This document shows positions 48,365 to 59,099 of a DNA stretch of 64,000 nt, piece by piece. The first letter of the stretch is position 1. Each line of letters opens with the position of its first letter. The position numbers were made by a program, and so were the translations under genes. Under the pieces are notes generated by a model. That model had not been told where the DNA came from, searched no databases, and saw only the letters and a program-made list of their open reading frames with translations. Origin of the DNA: Methyloligellaceae bacterium (lineage in GTDB: Bacteria > Pseudomonadota > Alphaproteobacteria > Rhizobiales > CBDHHC01); NCBI GenBank assembly GCA_965263345.1, contig CBDHHC010000004.1:339777-403776 (forward strand). Direction: 5' to 3'.

Positions 48365-51046
48365 TTAGAATTTTAATTGTAACTGGGGCTCTTCATTAGA
48401 AGAGCTCTCCCCATCACTCCCTAGCACACCTTGTATAAGACTTTCAAAATCTATTTTTTTCTTTTTCTTCTTTTGTTTCTTGATGTTATTTACGACATCA
48501 TTAATCCCTTGCAAGATTGATTCTGGGTTTTTTGCTATTTCGCCCAAATCAAGAGATACTTTTGGAGATTCTAAGGGGCCTTGCAAGCGGATCGGAATTG
48601 GTAGTCCTTTTGCATTCTTTCTTCGTGTTCCCTGGCCCTCTATATTGCCGACTAATTTGGGCTGAAGGCGATAATCAATCCATTGTTTTGTTAGGTCAAT
48701 TGATCCTTCACCTTTGGCACGAATGAGTGGTGCCACGAAAATGAGATCTTTGTTATCAGCGATCCCTTTTTCAATTGTAAATGTGCCGTTTAGTTCACTA
48801 AAGTCTGTTTTTTCTGATGGTTTTCTAGACCAGTTTTGAAATTCTCCTTTTTGGAGGTTTCTTATGAGTTTTGCAATGTTTACACCTTCAATTGCACCAT
48901 CAACAAAGGCAATACTTCCTTTTCCATTCAAGCTTGATAAGATCTGTTCTTTTGAATGCCCTTTGCCATTGATATCAAGTTTTATATTGGTTTTTCCGGA
49001 GATCCAATCAAAATTGTTTGAGTCTCTTAGGAATGGTAATGCTTCGACATTTGATATTGTGACCTGACTGTTAAATTCAGGGACAGCTCCTTTTGCGGTT
49101 AGCACAAGTTTTGCGATTGCTGTTCCTGTATACAGGCTAATATTTGGAATAACCGCTGTCATGACTCCTTTGCGGATCTTCATATCCAAAACGGTATTAC
49201 CTATTTTCATTTTCTCATAGATGATATTCTCAGATGATAAATTTACATCTGCATCAAAATGTTCAAAATTTGAGGCAATTGAATTGATAGGTCGAGCTGA
49301 AATCTGGCCTTGACCGTTTTCATTAATTCCGCCTGTGAAGAATGATGCTTCAGCCTTATTACCTTGTTGGTTAACATTTTTTACAAAATTGTCACTAGAG
49401 GCTTGTTCAGAGAATTTGAAATCAAAATTTCTCAATTGTGATTCTTTTAGTGACGCTTCTTTCAAATATGTGTTGAGGTCAATTTTATCTGCATTTAACT
49501 TTGCTTTTAAATAAGGAACCTTGCGACCAAGGAAAATAGTTGCTTCGCCTGTTGCGTTGGTTGAGTCCAATTCAACTGTCGCTTCAGTAAAGCTTATTTT
49601 ATGTGACTGTGCCTCAAGTTTACCTCGAATTGCAAATTCCTGAAGTCCACCTACAGGTGCAATATTTAATTTTAACCAATCAGAAACTGCTCTTAAAGAT
49701 GGAATTTGAAGTTCTGTTTCGCCTGTAATGTATGGTCCGTCTGCCCAAGATAATTCCCCATCCAGGAAATGTCGAAAATGCGTCGATTTTACATTCAAAT
49801 TGATCGGAAGTTTTTCACCTGTCAGTAAGCGCATTGGTGACTGAAGGTTTATATCAAATGAAATTTCTCTTGATTTCCAGTTTGTTGTACCTACTGCAGT
49901 CAACCATGACGCTAAATTTGATAGCGAAATATTAACGTTTAAATTTCCTATACGCTCAGCGAAATTTGATTTCTCATCATTATATGACACACTGCCATTG
50001 ATAACTTTCACTTCACCTAGCTTTAAGTCATTTAAATTTGTGACATACTGGCCCTGACTGAAAACGGGACCATACATCAACTTTTCAAAAAAACTTATAA
50101 ACCCACTGCCTTGAGATGGCGCTTTAATATTTTGGGCTTCCGCGCTTCTGCTGTTTTTGAAAATTTGATATTTTTCGGCAAATGACCAGTTATTTCTACC
50201 TTGCCCATCTAAACGTAATGCTATTTCAGGCTCTTCAAGGATAAAACGCTTTATTTCAATTTTTCTTTCTAAAAGCGGCCAGAATTTCAGCTGTATATCC
50301 AGTGAAGACATCTTAATAAGAGGCGGCCCTACAACTCCAGGAGGGTTTGATAACGAAACCTGGTGCATTTTCACACCAATATTTGGTATCAAAGAGAATT
50401 TACTATTTCCTCTCACAGTGAGAGTTCGACCCGTTTTTTCTTTTACCTGGCGCGCAATTTGTTCGCGAATAAAGTCAGCAGGTATAATTGCAGGTAATGC
50501 CACCAGGCATATTCCTAACAAAACCGACATGATTATTAGAAAAGAGGCAACTCGTCTCAGAAGGCTTTTTTTGTTCTTAACAGGTTTCTTTTGAGCGTTA
50601 TCAGGCGTTTTATCGGATATTGGTATAAAATCTTCAGAGGCTTTGAACTCTGCTCTTTCTCTGAACTCTGGCCTTTCTTTAAACTCTGGCCTTTCAAATA
50701 CTGGTTCTGCCTTTAGTTCAGTGTCAAATACAGGTTCTGGCTTTGGTTCAATTTTTTCTTCTTTTTTCTTAGGCTTTTGGAACTGTTCTGGATCTGGAAT
50801 TGTCTCTAATGGTGGCTCTGTATTTGTTTCAGGTACAGAAACTGGTTCAGGATCTAAAAAGCCAGGTATTGATCCAGCCTCAACCCATTCGGTAAACCCC
50901 TGACGCCAAACTAAATCTTCTGGCTTTACATGGTTGGAAGCTATAAGTTTTTGCAACTCATCTTCAGAAATAGGCCCGTATCTCTGACCATCTCTTGCTA
51001 AATACCAAGTCTTTTCTTGCGAAGAACTTTCCATATTCCTGGCCAC
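48365..51046 (-). CDS. AsmA-family protein with N-terminal GYF_2 (DUF4339) domain
   Basis: WYLARDGQRYGP....L......LVWRQGFTEW (GYF_2); TM segment; AsmA N-region (TGRTLTVRG) and C-region (G.G.IDL). Confidence 0.85.
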   Translation of the reverse strand: MARNMESSSQEKTWYLARDGQRYGPISEDELQKLIASNHVKPEDLVWRQGFTEWVEAGSIPGFLDPEPVSVPETNTEPPLETIPDPEQFQKPKKKEEKIEPKPEPVFDTELKAEPVFERPEFKERPEFRERAEFKASEDFIPISDKTPDNAQKKPVKNKKSLLRRVASFLIIMSVLLGICLVALPAIIPADFIREQIARQVKEKTGRTLTVRGNSKFSLIPNIGVKMHQVSLSNPPGVVGPPLIKMSSLDIQLKFWPLLERKIEIKRFILEEPEIALRLDGQGRNNWSFAEKYQIFKNSRSAEAQNIKAPSQGSGFISFFEKLMYGPVFSQGQYVTNLNDLKLGEVKVINGSVSYNDEKSNFAERIGNLNVNISLSNLASWLTAVGTTNWKSREISFDINLQSPMRLLTGEKLPINLNVKSTHFRHFLDGELSWADGPYITGETELQIPSLRAVSDWLKLNIAPVGGLQEFAIRGKLEAQSHKISFTEATVELDSTNATGEATIFLGRKVPYLKAKLNADKIDLNTYLKEASLKESQLRNFDFKFSEQASSDNFVKNVNQQGNKAEASFFTGGINENGQGQISARPINSIASNFEHFDADVNLSSENIIYEKMKIGNTVLDMKIRKGVMTAVIPNISLYTGTAIAKLVLTAKGAVPEFNSQVTISNVEALPFLRDSNNFDWISGKTNIKLDINGKGHSKEQILSSLNGKGSIAFVDGAIEGVNIAKLIRNLQKGEFQNWSRKPSEKTDFSELNGTFTIEKGIADNKDLIFVAPLIRAKGEGSIDLTKQWIDYRLQPKLVGNIEGQGTRRKNAKGLPIPIRLQGPLESPKVSLDLGEIAKNPESILQGINDVVNNIKKQKKKKKKIDFESLIQGVLGSDGESSSNEEPQLQLKF
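50643..50696 (-). repeat. In-frame 18-bp tandem repeat x3 (ERPEFK/ERPEFR/ERAEFK)
   Basis: GAACTCTG(G)C(C/T)CTTTC-like unit recurring every 18 nt in the linker of the AsmA-family gene. Confidence 0.7.
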
Positions 51047-51236
51047 AGGCTCTCAAACACTTAAGTAAATTCTATTTTTTATATCTTATTTTGCTTCATG
51101 AGCCACTTAATTATTTAAACCACAATAGTGCAACAGTTTTTTTAAAAATTTCGCCCAAAATGCATAATTCATTATGCATAGCATTTTCGATTACATATTC
51201 ACATATAAAACTAAATAAAAACTTCAATTTTCCCCC

Positions 51237-52805
51237 CTAAGGAAGCGGTAACGCTTCGTGGTCTATGATTGTCTTGCCTGTATCTGTATCAACCTCAGAT
51301 AAAGTCACACGATAGCCCCATAATTGAGCTACATGCCTTAAGGTATGGTCACATTCTTTTTTGTCTAGAAGTGTACCATTTTTAACATAGTGTGTCATTG
51401 CCAATCTTCTTGCACCACTTACGTCTGCATCGGTTACACAAATGTCTGGATCTTGGGTAGAAACATCGTATTGTTTTGAAAGATTTTTTCGTATCTGGCG
51501 GTACCCCACTTCATCATGAATCTGGGTAATTTCAGCAACAGGCTCCTCCGCATTGTCATAGAGTGAAAACAAGCGAAAATCTCTTATAACTTTGGGGCTT
51601 AAATATTGATGTATGAAACTTTCATCTCTGAAATCTGCCCATGACTGTTTCAGTACATCTAAATCATTGCCATGGCCTGCAATCTGAGGGAACCATTCCT
51701 CATCTTCTTTCGTGGGTTCATTACAAATTCTTTGAATATCCTGCATCATGGCAAAGCCTAATGCATAAGGATTTATTCCCGAGAATCGCGGGTCTGAGAA
51801 ACCTGGCTGCAATATTACAGCTGAATGCATGTGGAAAAATTCTAACATTGTGCCTTCTGTTAGTAATCCTTTTTCGAACATACGATTCATAATGTGATAA
51901 TGCACAAATGTTGCGCACCCCTCATTCATCATTTTGGTTTGACGTTGAGGATAAAAATATTGGGCAATAATACGTACAATACGTAATATTTCACGCTGCC
52001 AATCCGTCAACCTGGGAGCATATTTTTCCAAGAAATATAGAAGGTTTTCTTCTGGCAGACCTAGATCCTGGCCTTCAGACGAAATATCTCCTTCATTTTG
52101 AATATTATCATCGTCTATAGGATTTTTGGGAATTGTCCTCCAAAGATCGCTGAAAACAGCTTCTGCATATTCTCTACGTGTCCTTGCACGTTCCAATTCC
52201 TGTTTTGGATTTAAGGGCCGCAGACGTTTTGGATTGCGGCTAATTCCCTGACGCATTAAGGCATGCGCTGAGTCCAATATTGTTTCAACAGCATCATATC
52301 CATATCTTTCTTCGCATTTTGCAATATAATCTTTAGCAAAGGAGAGATAATCTATAATCGCATCCGCATTGGTCCATTGTTGGAATAAATAATTGTTTTT
52401 GAAAAAGTGATTATGTCCCATAGCGGCATGAGCCATTACCAAAGTCTGCATCATTGCAGAATTTTCTTCCATCAGATAGTTGATGCAAGGATTTGAATTA
52501 ATTACGAGTTCGTATGCTAGGGAACTCATACCACGCTGGTAACTGCTGGCTTCGCGCACAAATTGCTTTCCAAAAGACCAATGGCGGTACATCAACGGCA
52601 TCCCAACAGATGCATAAGCATCAAGCATTTGTTCAGACGTGATGAGTTCAATTTGGTTGGGATATATATCTAACCCCATTTCTTCAAGACCAATGATTTC
52701 TATTTCGTCATAGACCTTTTTTAAGAGGTCAAAGTCCCATTCTGCCCCTTCAAATAGAGGTTTGAGTGATTTGTTATTTTTGGTCTTATTTTGCATCTTA
52801 CCCAA
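51237..52805 (-). CDS. SpoVR/YcgB family protein
   Basis: Y.HWSFGK, LAYELVINSNPC, AHA..GHNHFFKNN and TKMMNEGCA motifs. Confidence 0.93.
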   Translation of the reverse strand: MGKMQNKTKNNKSLKPLFEGAEWDFDLLKKVYDEIEIIGLEEMGLDIYPNQIELITSEQMLDAYASVGMPLMYRHWSFGKQFVREASSYQRGMSSLAYELVINSNPCINYLMEENSAMMQTLVMAHAAMGHNHFFKNNYLFQQWTNADAIIDYLSFAKDYIAKCEERYGYDAVETILDSAHALMRQGISRNPKRLRPLNPKQELERARTRREYAEAVFSDLWRTIPKNPIDDDNIQNEGDISSEGQDLGLPEENLLYFLEKYAPRLTDWQREILRIVRIIAQYFYPQRQTKMMNEGCATFVHYHIMNRMFEKGLLTEGTMLEFFHMHSAVILQPGFSDPRFSGINPYALGFAMMQDIQRICNEPTKEDEEWFPQIAGHGNDLDVLKQSWADFRDESFIHQYLSPKVIRDFRLFSLYDNAEEPVAEITQIHDEVGYRQIRKNLSKQYDVSTQDPDICVTDADVSGARRLAMTHYVKNGTLLDKKECDHTLRHVAQLWGYRVTLSEVDTDTGKTIIDHEALPLP

Positions 52806-54086
52806 TCATTTGTAATTGTTGTTAGAGAATAAGTCGTGAAAGACTGGATAAATATCATCTGGTGATGCGACACAACGCATTGCCAGATTCTGATGTTGCC
52901 CTAGAAGCGTCGTATAATTAGACCAGACTAAACTTTCAAAATCATTATCTTCTTGGTCAGTTCCAACTTCAATATACGCAAAGTACTGGCATATGGGCAG
53001 AATATCTTCTTTTAACAGCTCAAGACACCTTATCATATCACTAGGATAATTTTCACCATCAGATGCTTGGGCTGCATAGATATTCCAATCGTCAACGGGA
53101 TAGCGATCCGAGACAATTTTTAACATCTCTTCAAAAGCTGTTGAGATCACGGTTCCACCAGTTTCTCTGCTGTGAAAAAATGTTTCCTCATCTACTTCAC
53201 TGGCAACACTCGTATGGCGGATAAAGACGATATCTAATTCCCGATAATGCCTTGACAAGAAAATATGCAAAAGCATGTAAAATCTTTTTGCCAAATCTTT
53301 TAAGTACTCGGACATTGATGCTGATGTATCCATCAAGCAAAACATGACGGCTTGTGATGTTGGTTTTGGTAGATGTTCAAAACGATTATATTTTAAATCG
53401 ATTGGATCAATGTATGATATTGCCCTGCGGAGATTTTCAAGCTTTTTGAGTTTTGCTTTTAATTCTATGATTTTTTGTTCGTTGCGAGGATCTTCGGCTT
53501 CAGCTTCTTCAATTTCCTTTTCCAACTCGCGCATTTGTTCAGATTTGGGGCGCTTTAAGGCAATGCGGCGTGCTAAACTGTTTCGCATTGTTTTTTCATG
53601 ATTTAACTTTGCCGGAGGACCATCAGAGACATAACCAGCTCTGTAGGGTTTCATAGCATCAATGTTTTTTAATTTTGTCTTGATGAAATTTGGTAAATTT
53701 AAATCTTCAAAGAAAAGATCCAGAAACTCATCTTTTGTTAGAGTGAAAACGAATTCATCTTCTCCAAAACCATCAGGACTTCCACCTGATCCGCCTCCAC
53801 CAGCCTCTTCTGTTGGTTTGGGAATTTCATCGCCAACAACATATTCTTGATTGCCAGGTAAAATAAAGTCTCGTTTGCCTTTATCTCTTCCTAGAGAAAA
53901 AGATGGTTCTCTTAAACTCTTGGAATTTATACGCATCTCCTCGCCGCTATCAGCTTCAGAAATTTTGCGCTTCTTCAGTGCCCTGCTTACAGACTTTCGT
54001 ATCTCATTTTTTGCACGTCTGATAAATCTTTGTCTGTTACCTAAACTTTTAGATTTTGGATTTAACCGTCGATCAATAATATGCAT
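52806..54086 (-). CDS. yeaH: YeaH/YhbH (UPF0229) vWA-like protein
   Basis: IIDRRLN...KS..NRQRF, AVMFCLMD.S.SM and WNIYAAQASDG motifs. Confidence 0.93.
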   Translation of the reverse strand: MHIIDRRLNPKSKSLGNRQRFIRRAKNEIRKSVSRALKKRKISEADSGEEMRINSKSLREPSFSLGRDKGKRDFILPGNQEYVVGDEIPKPTEEAGGGGSGGSPDGFGEDEFVFTLTKDEFLDLFFEDLNLPNFIKTKLKNIDAMKPYRAGYVSDGPPAKLNHEKTMRNSLARRIALKRPKSEQMRELEKEIEEAEAEDPRNEQKIIELKAKLKKLENLRRAISYIDPIDLKYNRFEHLPKPTSQAVMFCLMDTSASMSEYLKDLAKRFYMLLHIFLSRHYRELDIVFIRHTSVASEVDEETFFHSRETGGTVISTAFEEMLKIVSDRYPVDDWNIYAAQASDGENYPSDMIRCLELLKEDILPICQYFAYIEVGTDQEDNDFESLVWSNYTTLLGQHQNLAMRCVASPDDIYPVFHDLFSNNNYK

Positions 54087-54165
54087 CGTGCTGTATGGCT
54101 CTCCGTAGCTGCTATTCCTGCTGGATAACGGCTATACTTTCATAAAGGGCTTCATTGTTTTGTTG

Positions 54166-54200
54166 CCTGAAAGAAATGCGTTCACTGTATTTCTTTCAGG
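54166..54200. other. Intercistronic stem-loop in the prkA-yeaH operon
   Basis: CCTGAAAGAAAT...ATTTCTTTCAGG 12-bp stem with no U tract on the coding strand. Confidence 0.55.
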
Positions 54201-54246
54201 GTTCTTTATTAGTCGCTAGATTTGAATGCTTTATGATCTGTAAAAG

Positions 54247-56205
54247 CTAGCTTGATTTTTTAACTCTCATATACCATTCAACCAGACGACGTACCTGACG
54301 CGTTGTGTACCCTCTATTCGTCATTCGCTCTACAAACTCATTATGTTTTTTCTCAGCTTCGCTATCTTTTTTAGCACCAAAACTAATTACTGGCAAAAGA
54401 TCTTCAACCTGACTGAACATACGTTTTTCAATGACTTCTCGGATTTTCTCATAAGACGTCCAATTAGGATTTTGTCCGCCATTCCGTGCTCTTGCTCTCA
54501 ATGAGAATTTCACGACTTCATAACGAAAATCTTTTGGATTCGCGATGCGTGCTGGTTTTTCGATTTTTGATAGCTCCTGATCTAACAAAGTCCGGTCCAT
54601 CAATTGGCCTGTATCAGGATCTTTGAAGTCATGATCCTCAATCCAAGCATCTGCATACGCCACATAACGATCAAAGAGGTTTTGACCAAAGTCATGATAT
54701 GATTCAAGGTAAGCTTTTTGAATTTCATTCCCGATGAATTCAGCATATCTTGGCGATAAATCTTCTTTAATAAATTCGATAAAGCGGCTCTCAATATCTT
54801 CTGGATATTGTTCTCGTTGTACAGAACGTTCTAGAACGTACATCAAATGAACTGGATCTGCGGCGATTTCCTCATTATCAAAGTTAAAGACTTCAGATAA
54901 CACTTTATAAGCAAAACGCGTTGATGAACCTTCCATACCTTCTGTAAGGCCGGCAGTATCGCGATATTCCTGGATTGTTTTTGCTTGTGGATCTGTATCT
55001 TTTAAGCTTTCACCATCATAAATTCTCATTTTAGAGTATAATGTAGAATTCTCATGATCTTTTAGACGTGACAATACAGAGAACTGCGCTAACATCTCTA
55101 AGGTTCCAGGAGCACATGGAGCGCTTGATAATTCACTCGATGCCAGAAGTTTTTCGTAAATCATTTTTTCTTCTGTGACACGCAGACAGTAAGGTACCTG
55201 AATTACGCATATTCTGTCCAAAAATGCTTCGTTATTCCTGTTTGATTTGAATTTTTGCCATTCAGATTCATTGGAGTGTGCAACAATTATTCCTTGATAA
55301 GGCATTGCACCAACATTCTCTGTACCGACGTAGTTACCTTCCTGGGTTGCTGTCAGAAGAGGATGTAGCATTTTGATTGGCGCTTTGAACATCTCCACGA
55401 ATTCCAGAACACCTTGTGTGGTTAAGTTTAGGCCGCCACTATAGGAATATGCATCGGCATCATTCTGGCCAAAAAATTCAAGCTTACGAATGTCTAATTT
55501 ACCAACAAGGGCAGAGATATCCTGGTTGTTTTCATCACTTGGTTCTGTTTTAGCGATTGCTATTTGGCGCAATTTTGAGGGATAAAGTTTGACAACTGAG
55601 AACTTAGAAATATCGCCACTAAATTCATCTAATCGTTTTACTGCCCATGGAGACATGTGATTGGTTAATCGGCGCCTTGGGATACCATATTTTTCTTCTA
55701 CCACAGCGCCCATTGTTTCAGGATTAAACAGGCCTAGTGGGCTTTCGTATAGTGGGCTTATTTCTTTTCCGGCTTTAAGAACATAGATTGGGCATTTTTC
55801 CATCAACTCTTTTAGGCGTTCTGCTAGAGAGGACTTTCCTCCCCCAACTGGCCCAAGGAGATATAGTATTTGTTTACGTTCTTCTAATCCTTGTGCAGCA
55901 TGTCTGAAGAAACTTACAATCCGCTCAATTGTTTCTTCCAAGCCATAAAAGTCTTTAAAAGCAGGGTAGACTTTCATGGTCCTATTCATAAAAATTTTGC
56001 CTAATCGAGTATCTTTGGATGTATCGATAAGTTCAGGCTCTCCTATTGCTGCGATCATACGTTCTGCAGCACTTGCATACATTAATGGATCTGTTTTACA
56101 AGCCTCGAAATATTCCTTGAGTTCGAATTCTGTATGGCTCTGCTTTTTGTACGTTTCAGAGTAAATTTCATTAATGTCGTTCGATGTTGTCATTCCTGGC
56201 CTCAA
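54247..56205 (-). CDS. prkA: PrkA/YeaG serine protein kinase (AAA+)
   Basis: LLGPVGGGKSS, DENNQDIS.LVG, EFVEMFK and AHSNE motifs; canonical operon with yeaH and spoVR. Confidence 0.95.
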   Translation of the reverse strand: MRPGMTTSNDINEIYSETYKKQSHTEFELKEYFEACKTDPLMYASAAERMIAAIGEPELIDTSKDTRLGKIFMNRTMKVYPAFKDFYGLEETIERIVSFFRHAAQGLEERKQILYLLGPVGGGKSSLAERLKELMEKCPIYVLKAGKEISPLYESPLGLFNPETMGAVVEEKYGIPRRRLTNHMSPWAVKRLDEFSGDISKFSVVKLYPSKLRQIAIAKTEPSDENNQDISALVGKLDIRKLEFFGQNDADAYSYSGGLNLTTQGVLEFVEMFKAPIKMLHPLLTATQEGNYVGTENVGAMPYQGIIVAHSNESEWQKFKSNRNNEAFLDRICVIQVPYCLRVTEEKMIYEKLLASSELSSAPCAPGTLEMLAQFSVLSRLKDHENSTLYSKMRIYDGESLKDTDPQAKTIQEYRDTAGLTEGMEGSSTRFAYKVLSEVFNFDNEEIAADPVHLMYVLERSVQREQYPEDIESRFIEFIKEDLSPRYAEFIGNEIQKAYLESYHDFGQNLFDRYVAYADAWIEDHDFKDPDTGQLMDRTLLDQELSKIEKPARIANPKDFRYEVVKFSLRARARNGGQNPNWTSYEKIREVIEKRMFSQVEDLLPVISFGAKKDSEAEKKHNEFVERMTNRGYTTRQVRRLVEWYMRVKKSS

Positions 56206-56636
56206 TCTTTCCTACTCAACTATTATATATGGGCATCTCCTGTGATCATTGTATAGGTGTCTTTATAAAAAATCTTTTTTTATTGTATAACATATCGACA
56301 TCTAAGCATAGGTTTTTCAACACTGATTACTGAATGATCTGTTCTTTATGAATTTGCATAAATATTGTTCTGTTTTCATAATTCCCTGGATTATTTACTA
56401 ATATTTTTAATAAATTCTTTTTATATTAGCAGGCTATCGGATATTCGTCTTTTCGACATTCTTCTAAAGTATTTCATATATAGTACATGGTAATTTTTTT
56501 TTAAATCAATACAATAACAACACCCCTTTAAGCATAATATTATTTTCATACCGATCTTATTTTACATAATATTTCTTGAGAACAAAAAATGTATATTTGT
56601 TCTCACAATTATTATACCGCTAAATATATCAATTTA

Positions 56637-57536
56637 TTATGCATCTACTCTGATGTTCTCATTTAAAAATTGGTTGATGATTTTTTTTGATTGTATCCCT
56701 TCACGCCTTAGATCTCTTAAGGATTTGCTTTTTAAACTTTTTGAGAGTTTTTTTCCTTCATCATCTGTAAGCAACCTATGGTGATGATATATTGGTGGGT
56801 CTATATTTAAAACACTTTGCAAAAGCCTATGCAGGTCTGTTGAGAACTCAAGATCCTCTCCTCTAACAACATGCGTTATGTTTTGTTGTGCATCATCAAC
56901 AATTACAGATAAGTGATAGCTGGTTGGCGTGTCTTTGCGAATTATTACTGCGTCCCCCCATATTTCAGGTTGAGCATAACGAAATAGCACTTTGTTAACA
57001 TTGTTTATGCTTGTGATTATTAATGGATTTTGTCTTACTTTTATTCTTTCTAAAGCGAGAGTCATATTTATTCTGTAGGCGTAAGGTTCACCATTTTTTA
57101 TCCGACCTGAAATCTCTTCGTTGGTTAAACTTTTGTGAAGTCCTGGATAAATAGGTGCTCCATCTGGATCTAATTCAGGTTTGATTTTTAAATCTTCGAT
57201 TGCTTTTTTTATCTCTTTTCTTGTTGCAAAACAGGGATAAATAATTTTTTGTTCAAGTAACTTATTGAATGCAGCTTGATATAGTTCAAATCGCTGAGAT
57301 TGCTTTATTACAGGCTCTTCCCATTCGATACCAAGCCAGCTTAAGTCTTCATAAATTGCATCGATATATTCCTGGCGCGATCTTTCCTTATCGATATCTT
57401 CTATTCGTAATAAGAACCGACCATTCATTTTTTTGGCCATTTGATATGATTTTATAGCTGAGAAGGCATGACCCAGGTGTAAATAACCATTTGGGCTGGG
57501 AGCAAAACGAAAAATTGGTTGTTTGTTCATGCCCAA
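56637..57536 (-). CDS. gluQ: Glutamyl-Q tRNA(Asp) synthetase
   Basis: RFAPSPNGYLHLGH, LRIEDID, VVRGEDL and KLSKS motifs; no anticodon-binding domain. Confidence 0.92.
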   Translation of the reverse strand: MGMNKQPIFRFAPSPNGYLHLGHAFSAIKSYQMAKKMNGRFLLRIEDIDKERSRQEYIDAIYEDLSWLGIEWEEPVIKQSQRFELYQAAFNKLLEQKIIYPCFATRKEIKKAIEDLKIKPELDPDGAPIYPGLHKSLTNEEISGRIKNGEPYAYRINMTLALERIKVRQNPLIITSINNVNKVLFRYAQPEIWGDAVIIRKDTPTSYHLSVIVDDAQQNITHVVRGEDLEFSTDLHRLLQSVLNIDPPIYHHHRLLTDDEGKKLSKSLKSKSLRDLRREGIQSKKIINQFLNENIRVDA

Positions 57537-57588
57537 TATAACTTATGGTATGATGTCATTTTTATTTTCATAGATCTAAGATAGCAAA

Positions 57589-58236
57589 ATGCCTCTGATT
57601 ATTTCAACACCAGAAGATATAAAAAAAACGACAAAAAAACTTATTAGACAATGTCCTTACATGAAAAAAATCTACCAGGACGTGGGCTATCCTCCTACGC
57701 GTCGCTTTGAGAATGGTTTTCCTGGACTTGCTCGCATTGTTATTGGTCAACAGCTTTCTGTTGCAAGCGCAAGTGCAATCTGGACCCGTTTTGAGAATTT
57801 ACTGCACGATGTTTCGGTGAGAGCCATGGACAAACAGTCTGATATAGATATCAAATCCTGTGGTGTTTCATCAGCAAAAATTAAAACACTTAGAGCCCTT
57901 TGTGAGCATATCACTTCCAGTCAAATTAATTTTGAAGACTTTGTTAAACAAAATGTAGAGGATACAAAAAAACAGCTGACAAATATACACGGTATTGGCC
58001 CATGGACTGCTGATCTATATCTTATGTTTTGTTTGGGGCATCCTGATGCCTGGGCTTCAGGAGATCTTGCTTTACAATATGCTGTTCAAAATATTTTATC
58101 TCTTCAAGAAAGACCCACTGCAAAAGAGTTAGAAATACTCTCTAACCAATGGCAACCTTGGCGAGGGGTTGCAGCGCGATTATTATGGTCTTATTACTCT
58201 CATATAAAACAACAAAAATCAGCTTTACCATTGTAA
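57589..58236 (+). CDS. alkA: DNA-3-methyladenine glycosylase II (HhH-GPD)
   Basis: QQLSVASA.AIW, I.GIGPWTA, GDLAL and W.PWR.VAARLLW motifs. Confidence 0.88.
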   Translation: MPLIISTPEDIKKTTKKLIRQCPYMKKIYQDVGYPPTRRFENGFPGLARIVIGQQLSVASASAIWTRFENLLHDVSVRAMDKQSDIDIKSCGVSSAKIKTLRALCEHITSSQINFEDFVKQNVEDTKKQLTNIHGIGPWTADLYLMFCLGHPDAWASGDLALQYAVQNILSLQERPTAKELEILSNQWQPWRGVAARLLWSYYSHIKQQKSALPL

Positions 58237-58276
58237 GATCAGCTTACACAATCTTATACTAGCGAGAAATATATAC

Positions 58277-58939
58277 ATGACTTATCCCACCTTAGATGGA
58301 CCGCGTAAATCACCAGCTTCAGGAAATCCCGCCAAACAATTGGTCATTCTTGTTCATGGATATGGTGCCGATGGCAATGACCTGATTGGATTAGCTGATT
58401 ACTGGCAGACTTTGTTACCTGAAGCGGAATTTGTTTCTCCTCATGCCCATCAACCTTGTGCAATGAACCCATTTGGGGGGCGACAATGGTTTGAACTTAC
58501 ACTTCGTGACCCCAATGAGTATTGGCGAGGCGTCACTGAGGCTGGACCTATTTTTAATCATTTCATTGATAGTGAGCTTGAACGTCTTGGGCTTGAAAAC
58601 ACGTCACTTGGACTTGTTGGTTTTAGCCAAGGCACAATGATGTCTCTTCATTGTGGTTTACGAAGAGATATAGCCCCTGCTTGCATCGTTGGATATTCAG
58701 GGCTTTTGGCTGGCCCAGAAGACTTGAACAAAACTATTACGTCAAAACCTCCTGTTTTACTGGTTCATGGAAGTGCAGATGAGGTTATTCCGGTTCAGGC
58801 ACTTGATATTGCCAAAGATGCCCTAACGCAGAATGATGTTAGTGTAGAAACTCATATCTCAAATGGAGTTGGTCACGGCATTGACCAGAAAGGACTAGAA
58901 TTAGGGGGAGCCTTTTTGCAAAAAGCTTTTGGTTTATGA
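58277..58939 (+). CDS. Phospholipase/carboxylesterase (alpha/beta hydrolase)
   Basis: HGYGADG, GFSQG, HG..DEVIP and GHGI catalytic triad motifs. Confidence 0.92.
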   Translation: MTYPTLDGPRKSPASGNPAKQLVILVHGYGADGNDLIGLADYWQTLLPEAEFVSPHAHQPCAMNPFGGRQWFELTLRDPNEYWRGVTEAGPIFNHFIDSELERLGLENTSLGLVGFSQGTMMSLHCGLRRDIAPACIVGYSGLLAGPEDLNKTITSKPPVLLVHGSADEVIPVQALDIAKDALTQNDVSVETHISNGVGHGIDQKGLELGGAFLQKAFGL

Positions 58940-59099
58940 ATCCCTAACATATTCTCCTTAGATTATATATATTTATCATAAAGTAACACTCATATGCTTA
59001 AATGATACATCTGTTGCTGCGTTACAGGGCTAAAAGTATTTTTAACCTTAGCCTTTTGTTCTGAGACACCAGAATATGTGTCAATGTTAAGGTGTATTA

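Noticed and set aside
56577-56605. Second LexA box (GAAC-N7-GTAT)
   Set aside because: Imperfect; better explained as the 10-bp inverted repeat TGAGAACAAA/TTTGTTCTCA just downstream of gluQ.
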